The notes under the pieces: model-generated
Told to the model about the DNA's origin: nothing
Database searches by the model: none
Seen by the model: the letters and a program-made list of their open reading frames with translations, nothing else
Part shown: piece after piece, positions 34,835 through 43,933 of the stretch
Layout of the letters: each line of letters opens with the position of its first letter
How positions within the stretch are numbered: position 1 is the stretch's first letter
Made by a program: the position numbers and the translations under genes
Origin: a virus
DNA length: 64,000 nt
Virus record (IMG/VR): IMGVR_UViG_3300046499_000591
Location: 15,198-79,197 of that record
Direction: 5' to 3' (one strand)

Positions 34835-34924
34835 GCATAAGGAGATCGTGGCGTGGACACGAACCGCTCGCGTCCTCCCTCGGTGCATCCGCCGGGCGGA
34901 CGCCCGCCCAATCGGAGACCCACC

Positions 34925-35377
34925 GTGGCCCGCCCCAAGAAGCGTCCCGCCCAGGCCGAACTGCTCACCCAGGCCGCCGAGAAACTCGCGAACGTCGGTA
35001 TGCCCGAGCACGCCGACGCCATCCGCGAGGCCCTGACCGAACTCACCCGCCCCAAGGCGCGGGAGGGCAACCCGACCCTCACCGTGTGGACCACGCCGGA
35101 GATCTGGCGGGCCGCGCAGGAGGCCGGGTCGGTCCCCGACCTCATCGAGGAAGGGTTCGCCGCCCTCCTCGCCGGCCGCTTCAAGCCGGCGAAGGCACGA
35201 CGTACCACCGGCGGGCCGGCCAAGGGCAGTTTCAGCGCCCGGGCCACCGTCGACCGGCAGCGCGAGGTCACCGACTACGTCGCCGCGCACGCCGACACCC
35301 TCGGCTGGTCCCCATCGGCACGCCAGGTCGCGGCCGCATGGCTTGAGCACAAGTTCAGCCCCCGACCGCGCACGTAG
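34925..35377 (+). CDS. Putative DNA-binding regulator (tandem RHH-like)
   Basis: GGAGA RBS; basic N-terminus; two strand-helix-helix-like units; first gene after the operators. Confidence 0.6.
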   Translation: MARPKKRPAQAELLTQAAEKLANVGMPEHADAIREALTELTRPKAREGNPTLTVWTTPEIWRAAQEAGSVPDLIEEGFAALLAGRFKPAKARRTTGGPAKGSFSARATVDRQREVTDYVAAHADTLGWSPSARQVAAAWLEHKFSPRPRT

Positions 35378-35454
35378 CGCGGGCAGCGGGGCGCCGGCCT
35401 GGACGCCGACACCGGGCACGCCCCGCACACGAGTCCCCAAGGGAGACACCCCAG

Positions 35455-36639
35455 ATGGCATCCGCACCCAAGGCCGCCGGCACCGCCAGCGACCCCACCG
35501 CCCACACCCTCACCCTCACGCCGGGGCAGCTGGCCGGCCTCGAAAAGCTCCGCGAGCCGTTCCCCGAGACCGCCATCGCGAAGCGCCCCCAGATCTCGTG
35601 TGGCGCCTGCAAGGACGCGAGCACGAAGGTGTGCAACACCCACAGCAAGGCGACGTGCGCGGCCTGCGGCCAGTACGTGACCACGGCCCACAAGCACCTC
35701 GACTACGTCGGGCACGCCGAGGCCACCGACCGGCTCCTCTCGGTCGACCCCACGTGGGACTGGGAGCCGATCGCCCGGGACGACAAGGGCCGCCCGCTCA
35801 TCGACTCCGACGGCGGCATGTGGATCACGCTGACCGTCTGCGGCATGACCCGCAAGGGATACGGCGACGCCGTCGGCAAGCGCGCCGGCACCACGGCCAC
35901 GAAGGAGATCATCGGCGACGCCATCCGCAACGCGGGCATGCGCTTCGGCATGGCCCTGGACCTGTGGGCGAAGACCAAGCTGCACATCGAGCCCCCGCAC
36001 CCGGCCGAGCCGTTCCTCGAAGCCATCAAGACCGAACGCGTCTGGATGTCGTCGGAGTGGCTGGCCGGGGTCCGCCAGGAGGCCGACGAGGCCGGGCAGT
36101 TGGACTACGTCCTTCCCCGCGGCGGCGGCAAGACCCTCGGCGACATCATCGACGGGCAGCTCGCGGTCCTCGCGGACGCGGCCGAGCGGTACGCCGCCAT
36201 GCGCATCAAGGCCGACGAGGAGCGCCAGGCCCGCAAGGAGGAGCGCGCCGCGGTCACCGCGCACGTCGCGGCCTCGCACCCCGACCCGGCGCAGCAGCCC
36301 GCGCCGCCGGCCGGACAGCAGCCGCCGCCGGCGGGTCCGCCGCCGGCCGACATCGGGCCGAAGACCGCGCAGCAGATCCGCGACGCGTGCGGCCCGGTGT
36401 GGCTCGACCCGGACGGTTTGCAGCGCGTGCTCGACCGGGCTACCGAGATCCGGGTCATCAACGAGCCGGCCGACCCGTCGAAGCCGCGCGGCTCGACGCT
36501 CGGCCAGGCCCTCCAGATCCAGATCACCGAACTCCGCCGGCGCGCCGCGCAGAGGACCAGCACGACCCAGGCGTCGGACGCCGCCCACCAGTACGCCGAA
36601 CACGATGATTGGGGACACACGGGTGACGCTGCGGGATGA
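35455..36639 (+). CDS. Rad52/Sak-like single-strand annealing protein with Cys-rich insertion
   Basis: L..PFP...I, LDYVGHA..TDRLLSVDPTW.W and KE.IGDAIRNAGMRFG.ALDLW motifs. Confidence 0.8.
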   Translation: MASAPKAAGTASDPTAHTLTLTPGQLAGLEKLREPFPETAIAKRPQISCGACKDASTKVCNTHSKATCAACGQYVTTAHKHLDYVGHAEATDRLLSVDPTWDWEPIARDDKGRPLIDSDGGMWITLTVCGMTRKGYGDAVGKRAGTTATKEIIGDAIRNAGMRFGMALDLWAKTKLHIEPPHPAEPFLEAIKTERVWMSSEWLAGVRQEADEAGQLDYVLPRGGGKTLGDIIDGQLAVLADAAERYAAMRIKADEERQARKEERAAVTAHVAASHPDPAQQPAPPAGQQPPPAGPPPADIGPKTAQQIRDACGPVWLDPDGLQRVLDRATEIRVINEPADPSKPRGSTLGQALQIQITELRRRAAQRTSTTQASDAAHQYAEHDDWGHTGDAAG

Positions 36640-36964
36640 GACCCGCTGGCCGTCGATGTGGGGAGCCGGACAGGAACCTGTCCGGCTCCCCGCGCTTTTG
36701 GCGACGGCCCAGCCGACCGAGGACGAGTGGCGCTACGACGCCGCATGCGCATCAAACGAGACAGACCTCTTCTTCCCCGTCGGGACCACCGCGGGCGCCG
36801 TCGCCCAGACCGAAGCCGCCAAGGAGGTCTGCGCCGGCTGCTCCGTACGCGAGGCGTGCCTCGCGTTCGCGCTGGACACCGACCAGAACCACGGCGTCTG
36901 GGGCGGCACCTCGGAAGACGAACGCCGCGCCATAAAGCGGCGCCGCGCCAGGAGGAAGACATGA
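36623..36964 (+). CDS. whiB: WhiB-family Fe-S transcription factor
   Basis: W..DAAC...DLFFP...AKEVC..C.VREAC...GVWGGTSEDERR; start uncertain. Confidence 0.92.
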   Translation: MTLRDETRWPSMWGAGQEPVRLPALLATAQPTEDEWRYDAACASNETDLFFPVGTTAGAVAQTEAAKEVCAGCSVREACLAFALDTDQNHGVWGGTSEDERRAIKRRRARRKT

Positions 36965-37296
36965 GGGGACTGACCCGCCGGGAGCGGAACGCGGCCGCCG
37001 TCCGCGACGCGACCCTCGAGGACCTGCTTGCCGCAGCCTGGCCATGGGATATCGACCGGGTCAAGGAGGTCGCCCTCACCCTCGCCATGGTCCACGGCGA
37101 GGTGTCCGCGAACACCGTCCGGGAGGTGCTGGAGGAACGCCTCCACCACCTCATCGGGCCGGCGTTCAACAGCCTCACCCACCAGCGCGGGCCGCTGGTG
37201 AACACCGGCCGGCGCGTCCCCTCGACGTCGCCGGCGACGAAAGGTCACGGGATCTCCGTGTACCGCTGGGCCGCGTCCGCCGACAAGGCGGCATGA
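36961..37296 (+). CDS. Hypothetical protein
   Basis: ATGA overlap, AGGAGG RBS; winged-helix-like pattern. Confidence 0.65.
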   Translation: MRGLTRRERNAAAVRDATLEDLLAAAWPWDIDRVKEVALTLAMVHGEVSANTVREVLEERLHHLIGPAFNSLTHQRGPLVNTGRRVPSTSPATKGHGISVYRWAASADKAA

Positions 37297-37356
37297 ACGC
37301 GCGGGCCCCGTGGGCCTCACCGGGCCCACGCCGGCCCTGATCGAAAGGACACAGTC

Positions 37357-37557
37357 GTGTGGTTGCTGGTTACGGTCGCCGCCTCCCTGGGGGGCCTCGT
37401 CGTCGCATGGGCGGTACGGCGCCGCATAGAGCGGGAGTTGGCCGCGGAGTGTGACCGGCGCGCCCGTGACGTGCACAGCGCCCGCGCAGAGGTCGCGCAG
37501 CTACGCCGCGGCGTACCCGACGCCCTCGCGGGCCTCGCCACGGAGAGGAAAGCGTGA
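37357..37557 (+). CDS. Small membrane-anchored coiled-coil protein
   Basis: AAGGA RBS; N-terminal hydrophobic helix. Confidence 0.55.
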   Translation: MWLLVTVAASLGGLVVAWAVRRRIERELAAECDRRARDVHSARAEVAQLRRGVPDALAGLATERKA

Positions 37558-37958
37558 GCGGCCGCGGCCAGCCCCCCAAGATCGAGCCCGACCGCTACGG
37601 CGAACTTCTCGGCCTCCTCCACGACGGCCTCTCGATGCCGGCGGCCGCGGAGCGCATGAACGTCTCCCGCGCCACTCTCTACAACCTCGCCGTGCGCGTG
37701 CCGGCGATGGGGGAGGCGATGCAGCGCGCCCGGGACGCCGCGAAGGCCGCCCGCCGGGCCGCACACGAGCCGTCCGAGGGCTGCTACGTCAACACCGGCT
37801 GTCGCCGCCCCGACTGCACCCGGGCCGCGACCGACGCCCGCATCCGCCGGCGCGCCGCCAAGTACGCAACGGTCACCGCGCTGCCGGAGCCGGCCGTCGT
37901 GTCCGTGTACGAACTGCTCGCCCTCGCCGCACCACCGCCGATGGCCGACAGCGCATAG
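37554..37958 (+). CDS. HTH + Cys zinc-binding protein
   Basis: GLSMPAAAERMNVSRATLYN HTH; GCYVNTGCRRPDCT.A resembles the motif in the 29043-29651 protein. Confidence 0.7.
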   Translation: MSGRGQPPKIEPDRYGELLGLLHDGLSMPAAAERMNVSRATLYNLAVRVPAMGEAMQRARDAAKAARRAAHEPSEGCYVNTGCRRPDCTRAATDARIRRRAAKYATVTALPEPAVVSVYELLALAAPPPMADSA

Positions 37959-37969
37959 AGGAGGACCCC

Positions 37970-38314
37970 GTGGACCATGCAGCAACCCGGCCGCCCCAGT
38001 TCGATGGGGCGGCCTTCGCTTTGTACGAGGCCATGTCGGGCATCTCCGAGGCCGCATACGGCCTCCGGTGGGCCCAGGGAACCGAGTACGGGGTGTGGAC
38101 GCTCCTCGTCGTCCCACGCACCCGCTGGGGCCGCGTACGGGCCGACCACGCCGACGTCGCGTCGGCCCTCGTCACCATCCGCGCCCTCGCGATGCAGGCA
38201 GGTATCTGGATCATCTGGCCGGCCGGGGAGTTCGCCCCGCGGGTCATGTCCCTCGACAACTGGCGGGTGCGCTACGTGTCCGCTCACCTGCCGACCGAGA
38301 GGCGGATCGCATGA
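37970..38314 (+). CDS. Hypothetical protein
   Basis: GAGGAGG RBS; LYEAMS.ISEAAY...W..GTEYGVW motif. Confidence 0.65.
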   Translation: MDHAATRPPQFDGAAFALYEAMSGISEAAYGLRWAQGTEYGVWTLLVVPRTRWGRVRADHADVASALVTIRALAMQAGIWIIWPAGEFAPRVMSLDNWRVRYVSAHLPTERRIA

Positions 38315-39051
38315 CCACGCACACCACCCCGCCGCCGGCGTTCGCGACGTGCCAGTGCTGCCCCCGCCGGCTCATCGGCGTCGAGGTGCGAACCGGGCGC
38401 CTCGTGTGCCGGCCGTGCGAGCGGCGCATCGACGCCGAGCTCGGCGAGGTCGTCGACCTCTGGGCCAAGCTGCCCGGGCTCCTCGCACCGGGCACGGCCG
38501 CCGGCACCGACGGCGACGACGCCCCGCGCGCCCCCGGCCCGTCCGGGTCGAAACCGCCGGCCAACTTGGCTGTGCTCTCACTCCTCGGCGGCGGTGTCAC
38601 CGAGCCGCTCCTCGCCGAGGAGGACGCCTGGCGGCGGGAGTTGCGCAAGACGGGCCACTACCCGCTCACCCCGAACCGCGGCCGACAGGACCACGTGCTC
38701 GCCGGGACCGTCCGCTGGCTCCGCGTGAACCTCTACTGGGCCTGCCACGCCTATCCGGACGTCGACGACCTCAGTCGCGCCGTGGGCCGGCTCCTCGGCG
38801 AGATGCGCGGCCTGGTGTCCGGTGACCGGCGCCGGCGCGAAGACCTCAAGCCCGGTTGCCCGATGCCGGCGCGCGGTCACGTCGAGGACGACCCGGCCAC
38901 CCCGAAGTGCGGCGGGAAGCTCACGTACGACCCGCGGGCGGCCCTCATCCGCTGCGACACCTGCCGGCGGAAGTTCGGGCCGGCCGACTGGGACACCCTC
39001 GGCGCCGCGGCCGGCCTCATCACCATCCCGTTCACCATCCGCGCCGCATAG
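38311..39051 (+). CDS. Conserved actinophage protein with two Zn-ribbon-like Cys pairs
   Basis: CQCC...C..C at the N-terminus, CP...CGGKL...CDTC at the C-terminus. Confidence 0.65.
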   Translation: MTTHTTPPPAFATCQCCPRRLIGVEVRTGRLVCRPCERRIDAELGEVVDLWAKLPGLLAPGTAAGTDGDDAPRAPGPSGSKPPANLAVLSLLGGGVTEPLLAEEDAWRRELRKTGHYPLTPNRGRQDHVLAGTVRWLRVNLYWACHAYPDVDDLSRAVGRLLGEMRGLVSGDRRRREDLKPGCPMPARGHVEDDPATPKCGGKLTYDPRAALIRCDTCRRKFGPADWDTLGAAAGLITIPFTIRAA

Positions 39052-39059
39052 GAGGCCCC

Positions 39060-39317
39060 GTGTTCTTCCGTACGCCCGCCGAGGAGCCACCGCCCCCGGA
39101 CCTCGACGAGATGGAAAAGGCCCGCAGCGACCTCGCCAACGGCATGTTCATGATGCGCGAGTCCCTGACCCCTGCCTTCGACGCGGCGGACGGCATGCGC
39201 GCCGACCTCCTCGCCCGCGGCTGGTCTCCCTCGGCCGCCGAAATCCTCACCATGACGTGGCTCCAGCGCATCGTCATGAACTGCACGCCCCTGATCGGAA
39301 TCGGAGACCTGAAGTGA
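39060..39317 (+). CDS. Hypothetical protein
   Basis: GGAGG RBS; PAFDAADGMRADL.ARGWSP.AAE. Confidence 0.6.
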   Translation: MFFRTPAEEPPPPDLDEMEKARSDLANGMFMMRESLTPAFDAADGMRADLLARGWSPSAAEILTMTWLQRIVMNCTPLIGIGDLK

Positions 39318-39826
39318 TACGCGAGACCCCGCTGCCCGGCGACATTGGCCTGACGAGCATCACCGGCGCCGTCGGCCGGCTCATCAAGTTCGGGCAGTGG
39401 CTCAACGGCGACGGCTTCGGCGCCTACCAGCACGCGTTCGTGGTGCTGCCCGGAAGCCTGCTCGTCGAGGCGATGCCCGGCGGCGCCATCGTCGACCGGC
39501 TGTCGAAGTACGACGACCGCGACGTGCTGTACGTGTCGCCGGCCGGCCTCACCGACGCGCAGCGCAAGGCGATATGCGATGCCGCACTGCGGTACCGCGG
39601 CGTCCCGTACAGCTTCCTCGACTATCTCGCCCTCGCCGCGCACCGGTTCCACCTGCCCGTGCCCGGGCTCCGCCGCTACATCCAGTCGACCGGCCATCAG
39701 ATCTGTTCCCAGCTGGCCGACCGCGCGTACCTCGACGCCGGCCAGCACCTGTTCACCGACCGGCGGTGGGAGGGGTACATAACCCCCATGGCCATCGCCG
39801 CCGAACTCATGTGGCCCGGCCGCTGA
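39314..39826 (+). CDS. Permuted papain-like NlpC/P60 (YiiX/YebB-type) enzyme
   Basis: PGDIGL, YQHAFVV (His), EAM..G, G.PYSF and ICSQLA..AY (Cys after His) order. Confidence 0.8.
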   Translation: MIRETPLPGDIGLTSITGAVGRLIKFGQWLNGDGFGAYQHAFVVLPGSLLVEAMPGGAIVDRLSKYDDRDVLYVSPAGLTDAQRKAICDAALRYRGVPYSFLDYLALAAHRFHLPVPGLRRYIQSTGHQICSQLADRAYLDAGQHLFTDRRWEGYITPMAIAAELMWPGR

Positions 39827-40600
39827 CCGCAAGTCGTAATCCCTTCCCCGTAGGGGCTGCTTCGGGGGGTTCCGGACGTCCACGGCGTCTCGAACCCCCC
39901 ATTACTTAGACGGTTCATCGGACCGTCGAACGGGTGACGATGACGTGCCGTCATGGGCACATAACCTGCTGAAACTTGCGCGGCCGGATGCGGGGGCTTT
40001 TGCCGTGGGAAAGATGTACGCTTAGCGCGCGCCAGCGGTGCATGATCTTCCAGGTCGGCCCGCCGCGACGCACCCAGACCTGAAAAATGATCTGGGGCCC
40101 GGCTCTCCCAGGTGGCGCCAACCACCAGGCGGGAGACGGACCCCAGGTAGCGGAGGCGCCTTCAGCAAGCCCTCCGCGGACGACCCCTTACTCCAAGGAC
40201 GGTGTCGCGTGAACGATGTTACTGGCGTACCCGCCAATGTGCACACCCTGGCCCGCTACTCCGGCGTGAGGATTCCGCCGTCGAGGAGCGGGCCCTCGTG
40301 TATCCCGGCCCGGGTCGCCCTCGTTGAACTTCCTGCGACCGCCGGTCGCAGGGTGCCCATGGAACCCCCGGGGAGGGTGTTGGAAGGAAGTTGATATCGG
40401 GGGCGGCCCCGGCTCTGTCACGAGCCTCTTACCGCCCCGGCCGGCGTCTGGTGTGTCACCACCTGACCTAACCGGCCCTCATGCCACCGCCGGATCGGGA
40501 GTCACCCCGAGCCCCCGGCGAAGAACCCGGTAGTCAACCGGGCCCCTTTCCGCGTCGAGTCCCTTTGTCAGAGGGCGCATCGGCGTTTTTACGAGTCGAG

Positions 40601-41917
40601 ATGAGTATGCAGCACCTTCACGCCTCTTGTCAGCTTCGCGTGCCCGAAACGGGTCATGTCGCGCCGGAATCCACCCTCGGAACCGAACACACGTCTGCCC
40701 GCCGGCGGAAGGCGTGGGCCCCCGAGCCGTCCGAGACCATCGCATGCACGACGTCCCGGCGTACCGGCCCCCGCGCATGGCTCCGCGCCCTCGAGCGCGC
40801 CGTCGACGCCGGCCTCGTCCCCGGGTTCAACGACACCACCCTCGCCATCATCACCGTCCTCGCGTCCCGCATGGACTACGACACCGGGCACGCCCGCTAC
40901 GTCATGCGCGACGTCATGGAGCGCACCGGCCTGGGCCGGACCGCGGTCACCGACCACGTGAAGATGCTCCGCGCCGGCGGCTGGCTCGCATGGGCCGAGC
41001 ACGGCAGCCTCCGCAACGCGCTCCGCAACCTCGGCAAGCCCGGGTACGCCAAGACCGCGACCGTGTACGCCGCGACCATCCCGCCGGCCTATGACCACCT
41101 CGTGGGCCACATCCTCATCGGGTCCGGATACGACGCCCGCGTCATCGTCGACCACCGCCCCGGAGCTGTGGAAACCGTTGTGGATACCGCGGGTACGACG
41201 GCTGTGGAAAACCCCAGCGGTGAAACGGCGCGGACCCCTTCCCTCTGGGTGGATAAGGAAGAGGGTCAGGTTCAGGTAGTGGGTGGTGTAGACAGATCTA
41301 CCGCTAGCGCGGCAGTCACGAAGTCCCGCCGCAAGAGGAAGCTCACCGTCACCGGCTACAAGATCACCGGGGAGCGGATCGAGCGGGCCCGACGACTCGC
41401 CGTGTCTGTCCGCCCGTTGGTGAACTGGATTCAAGGCGCCAGCTACGACGAGCTGTCGTGGGTCCTCCTCGACCTCGTCGCCCGCGACTGGTCCGACTCC
41501 CGCATCGTGTTGTGGCTGGGGAAGGTGGGCCAGGACGTCGGAGCGGCCCGCAGACGCCCCCGCGCCCCGCACCGGGTCATCGCGGCCGCCCTCCGCCGAA
41601 AGGACCGCGAGGACGCCACCAGCGCCGTTCCCGCAGACCTCGCGGCCGAGGAGTACATGCGCCCGGCCGCCCCGAACGCCGCCTTCGCCGCGGCCCGGGA
41701 GGCCATCAGGCCGCGCCAGGAGCGCATGGTGGACTACCCGGCGGCCGACGTGCTGCCGACGCTCCGTGAGGAACTCTTCGAGCAGCGCGCGGCCGCCGAG
41801 CTCGACCCGGGCCTCGTGCGGGCAACCGCCCACATCCTGGGCCGCGATGAAGCCCTGCGCATGTTCGGCCCCCGGGCCGCCGGGATCCTCGAGGCCGCGC
41901 TCCTCGTGACCGCCTGA
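40601..41917 (+). CDS. rep: Replication initiator (HTH) protein, plasmid-type
   Basis: LASRMDYDTG...ERTGLGRTAVTDHVKMLRAGGWL winged helix and TATVYAATIP motif; internal DnaA-box-like cluster; adjacent to par genes; start uncertain (frame open from 40481). Confidence 0.7.
   Translation: MSMQHLHASCQLRVPETGHVAPESTLGTEHTSARRRKAWAPEPSETIACTTSRRTGPRAWLRALERAVDAGLVPGFNDTTLAIITVLASRMDYDTGHARYVMRDVMERTGLGRTAVTDHVKMLRAGGWLAWAEHGSLRNALRNLGKPGYAKTATVYAATIPPAYDHLVGHILIGSGYDARVIVDHRPGAVETVVDTAGTTAVENPSGETARTPSLWVDKEEGQVQVVGGVDRSTASAAVTKSRRKRKLTVTGYKITGERIERARRLAVSVRPLVNWIQGASYDELSWVLLDLVARDWSDSRIVLWLGKVGQDVGAARRRPRAPHRVIAAALRRKDREDATSAVPADLAAEEYMRPAAPNAAFAAAREAIRPRQERMVDYPAADVLPTLREELFEQRAAAELDPGLVRATAHILGRDEALRMFGPRAAGILEAALLVTA
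41167..41256 (-). promoter_or_regulatory. Cluster of four co-oriented DnaA-box-like 9-mers inside rep (putative origin)
   Basis: Minus strand GTTTCCACA (41167), GTATCCACA (41179), TTTTCCACA (41203) and TTATCCACC (41248) vs consensus TTWTNCACA. Confidence 0.6.
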
Positions 41918-42003
41918 CCCCACCTCACCCACCCGACCCGCAACCGTCGCGCCGGCGGTCGCCCTGGCCTGCCCGCACACCGACCCGACCCGAAGGGGGC
42001 CCC

Positions 42004-42540
42004 ATGGTTCTGCCCGCCAACCCGCAGATCCTCGCCGCGTCCAACATCGACGGCCCGACCGTCACGGCCGCACCGTGGACCGACGACCAGGTCTCGAACC
42101 TGAACCGCTACCAGCGGGCCGGCGTGTTCCACCCGTTCACGTGCGGCCGGCGCGACGAGCACCGCGACGACCCCGGCGTCCTCGTCGCCGACCGCGACGG
42201 GTGGCACTGCCCGGCCGCCGGCTGCACCTACCGGCAGGGGTGGGCGCACCCGTTCATGGCCATGACGCCCACCCCGGCGATGGCGGCCGTGGAGGCGGAC
42301 ATGCAGCGGATGCGGCAGATAGCGGCCGAGCCCCGCCCGTGCCTGCTCCACGAGGACGTACACGGGGAGCACGGCATCGAGTGCATGGGCGCGTACGCCC
42401 AGTGGCTCGCCGCCCACCGGCCGCTTGTCGGCAAGCCGGCCCGCGACGCGTACGCCCTCGAGGTCGAGCAGCGGATCCTCAACCGCCTCGTCCGCGGGCA
42501 CGCGCCGGCCCACACCATCAACCCCGCCTTGTCGAAGTGA
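42004..42540 (+). CDS. Conserved hypothetical phage protein
   Basis: APWTDDQV.NLN.YQ..G.FHPFTCG...LVA..DGW.CP..C.Y.Q.WAH motif. Confidence 0.7.
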   Translation: MVLPANPQILAASNIDGPTVTAAPWTDDQVSNLNRYQRAGVFHPFTCGRRDEHRDDPGVLVADRDGWHCPAAGCTYRQGWAHPFMAMTPTPAMAAVEADMQRMRQIAAEPRPCLLHEDVHGEHGIECMGAYAQWLAAHRPLVGKPARDAYALEVEQRILNRLVRGHAPAHTINPALSK

Positions 42541-42548
42541 GGGACACC

Positions 42549-42860
42549 ATGCCGAACCCCCGTCACGTGCTCACCACCCAGCCCGTCGCCCCCCGTTGCC
42601 CGGCGACCGGGGCGGACGGATGGCACTGCCCCCGCCATGCCGGCTTCGGCACCGACCACCCCGGCACGGGAAACTGTCGGCAGCACGAACTCGAGGCCGC
42701 CGCTGCGACCCGGGCCGCGCACGCCGACCGCGTCCCGCCGGCCGTGTTCCAGGAGGCCTCCTACGTCGACGGCCTCCCGTACCGCGAGACCGCCCCGGGC
42801 CCGAACGGCATCACCGACGAGGACGACGAGGACGACACCGACTGGGGCATGGTGGCCTAA
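42549..42860 (+). CDS. Small Cys/His protein
   Basis: RCPA......C...AG.GTDHPG.G.C..H motif. Confidence 0.6.
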   Translation: MPNPRHVLTTQPVAPRCPATGADGWHCPRHAGFGTDHPGTGNCRQHELEAAAATRAAHADRVPPAVFQEASYVDGLPYRETAPGPNGITDEDDEDDTDWGMVA

Positions 42861-42875
42861 CCGCGCCGACGGCCC

Positions 42876-43005
42876 GAAACCCTGCCACATGTGGCAGGGT
42901 TTCCGACGCCCCGAATCTCTGCCACATGTGGCAGAAAACGCGAGGGCCGGCACCCCCATGGGGAGCGCCGGCCCTCGAGGCGAAAACCCTGCCACATGTG
43001 GCAGA
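42876..43005. repeat. Three palindromes CTGCCACATGTGGCAG (parS-like centromere)
   Basis: Cores at 42882, 42919 and 42989; the first extends to the 28-bp perfect palindrome GAAACCCTGCCACATGTGGCAGGGTTTC; directly after the par operon stop codon. Confidence 0.8.
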
Positions 43006-43018
43006 GAATCCGGCGGTA

Positions 43019-43933
43019 CTAGTCCACCGTCACACCCGCCTCGGTGAGTGCCGCGTTGAGGACCCGCACTAGGTCCCGTACCCGCGCCGGATCCTTGCGG
43101 ACCGCCTCGCGCACGGTCTCCGGCACGAGCAGCTTCGCGGCCCGCTCCACGACGGCGCCCGGGTCGGCGGCCGCCGCGAGCGCCGGCGTCTCCTCGGGGT
43201 CGACCCTCGTGGTGATGCCCAGGAGTGCCTTCGCCTTCTCCAGCTCGTCGGGGGTCGGCGTCGCCCCCTTCTTCGTCTCGCACGCCGTCTTCCAGATCTT
43301 GACGACCCGGTCGGCCCCGTGCTGCAACCGCACCGAGTGCAGCGCGTCGACCTGCCGGGAGGACAAGTCCTCGAGGACGTAGCCGGCGCCCCGAAGGACC
43401 GCGAGGAGCGGGAGCGTCTGCGTGATCCGGTAGCCGGTGCGTTCCGAGAGGTCGTGTTGCTCGCGGAGGTACTTCGCGAAGGACCGGTAGGTCTTCCCGT
43501 CGTTCCCCTTGATCAGCTTGTAGAGCTTGTGCTCGTGGACCCAGCACAGGTACGGGCCGGCCGCGGCGATGAACTCCTCGTTGGCCGCGTCCACCTTCGC
43601 CTTCCACTGGGCCTTCGCCCCGTGGATGCCGCGCTCGCACACGGCGAGCTGTTCGGCCGGCTCGGCGTCCGGGCTGGGCAACGCCGGCGGCACGAACGCC
43701 GTCGGCGCCACGAACGTCGGCATGACCACGGCCGGGGCCGCGGCGGGTTCCGCGGGACGGGTGGCCGGGACGGCCGCCGGCTGCGCCCCGCCGACGGGTG
43801 CGTCTCCCTGCTCCCCGCCCTTTGTCTCCTCCCACTCCGCCATCACCTGCGCGCGCGTCCGGACCACCGGCGCCGGAGCGCCCGGCGGCTCCAACCCCGT
43901 CGACGGCAGCTCCTTGGGCTTGTACTTACTCAC
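43019..43933 (-). CDS. ParA partner (non-canonical ParB-like DNA-binding protein)
   Basis: ATGA overlap with parA; disordered basic N-terminus; LY...YRSFAKYLREQHDLSERTGYR HTH-like motif; no GxxR ParB-CTPase box seen. Confidence 0.65.
   Translation of the reverse strand: MSKYKPKELPSTGLEPPGAPAPVVRTRAQVMAEWEETKGGEQGDAPVGGAQPAAVPATRPAEPAAAPAVVMPTFVAPTAFVPPALPSPDAEPAEQLAVCERGIHGAKAQWKAKVDAANEEFIAAAGPYLCWVHEHKLYKLIKGNDGKTYRSFAKYLREQHDLSERTGYRITQTLPLLAVLRGAGYVLEDLSSRQVDALHSVRLQHGADRVVKIWKTACETKKGATPTPDELEKAKALLGITTRVDPEETPALAAAADPGAVVERAAKLLVPETVREAVRKDPARVRDLVRVLNAALTEAGVTVD

Noticed and set aside
40589-40591. TTA codon in the rep frame
   Set aside because: It lies upstream of the likelier start at 40601, so bldA control of rep cannot be claimed.
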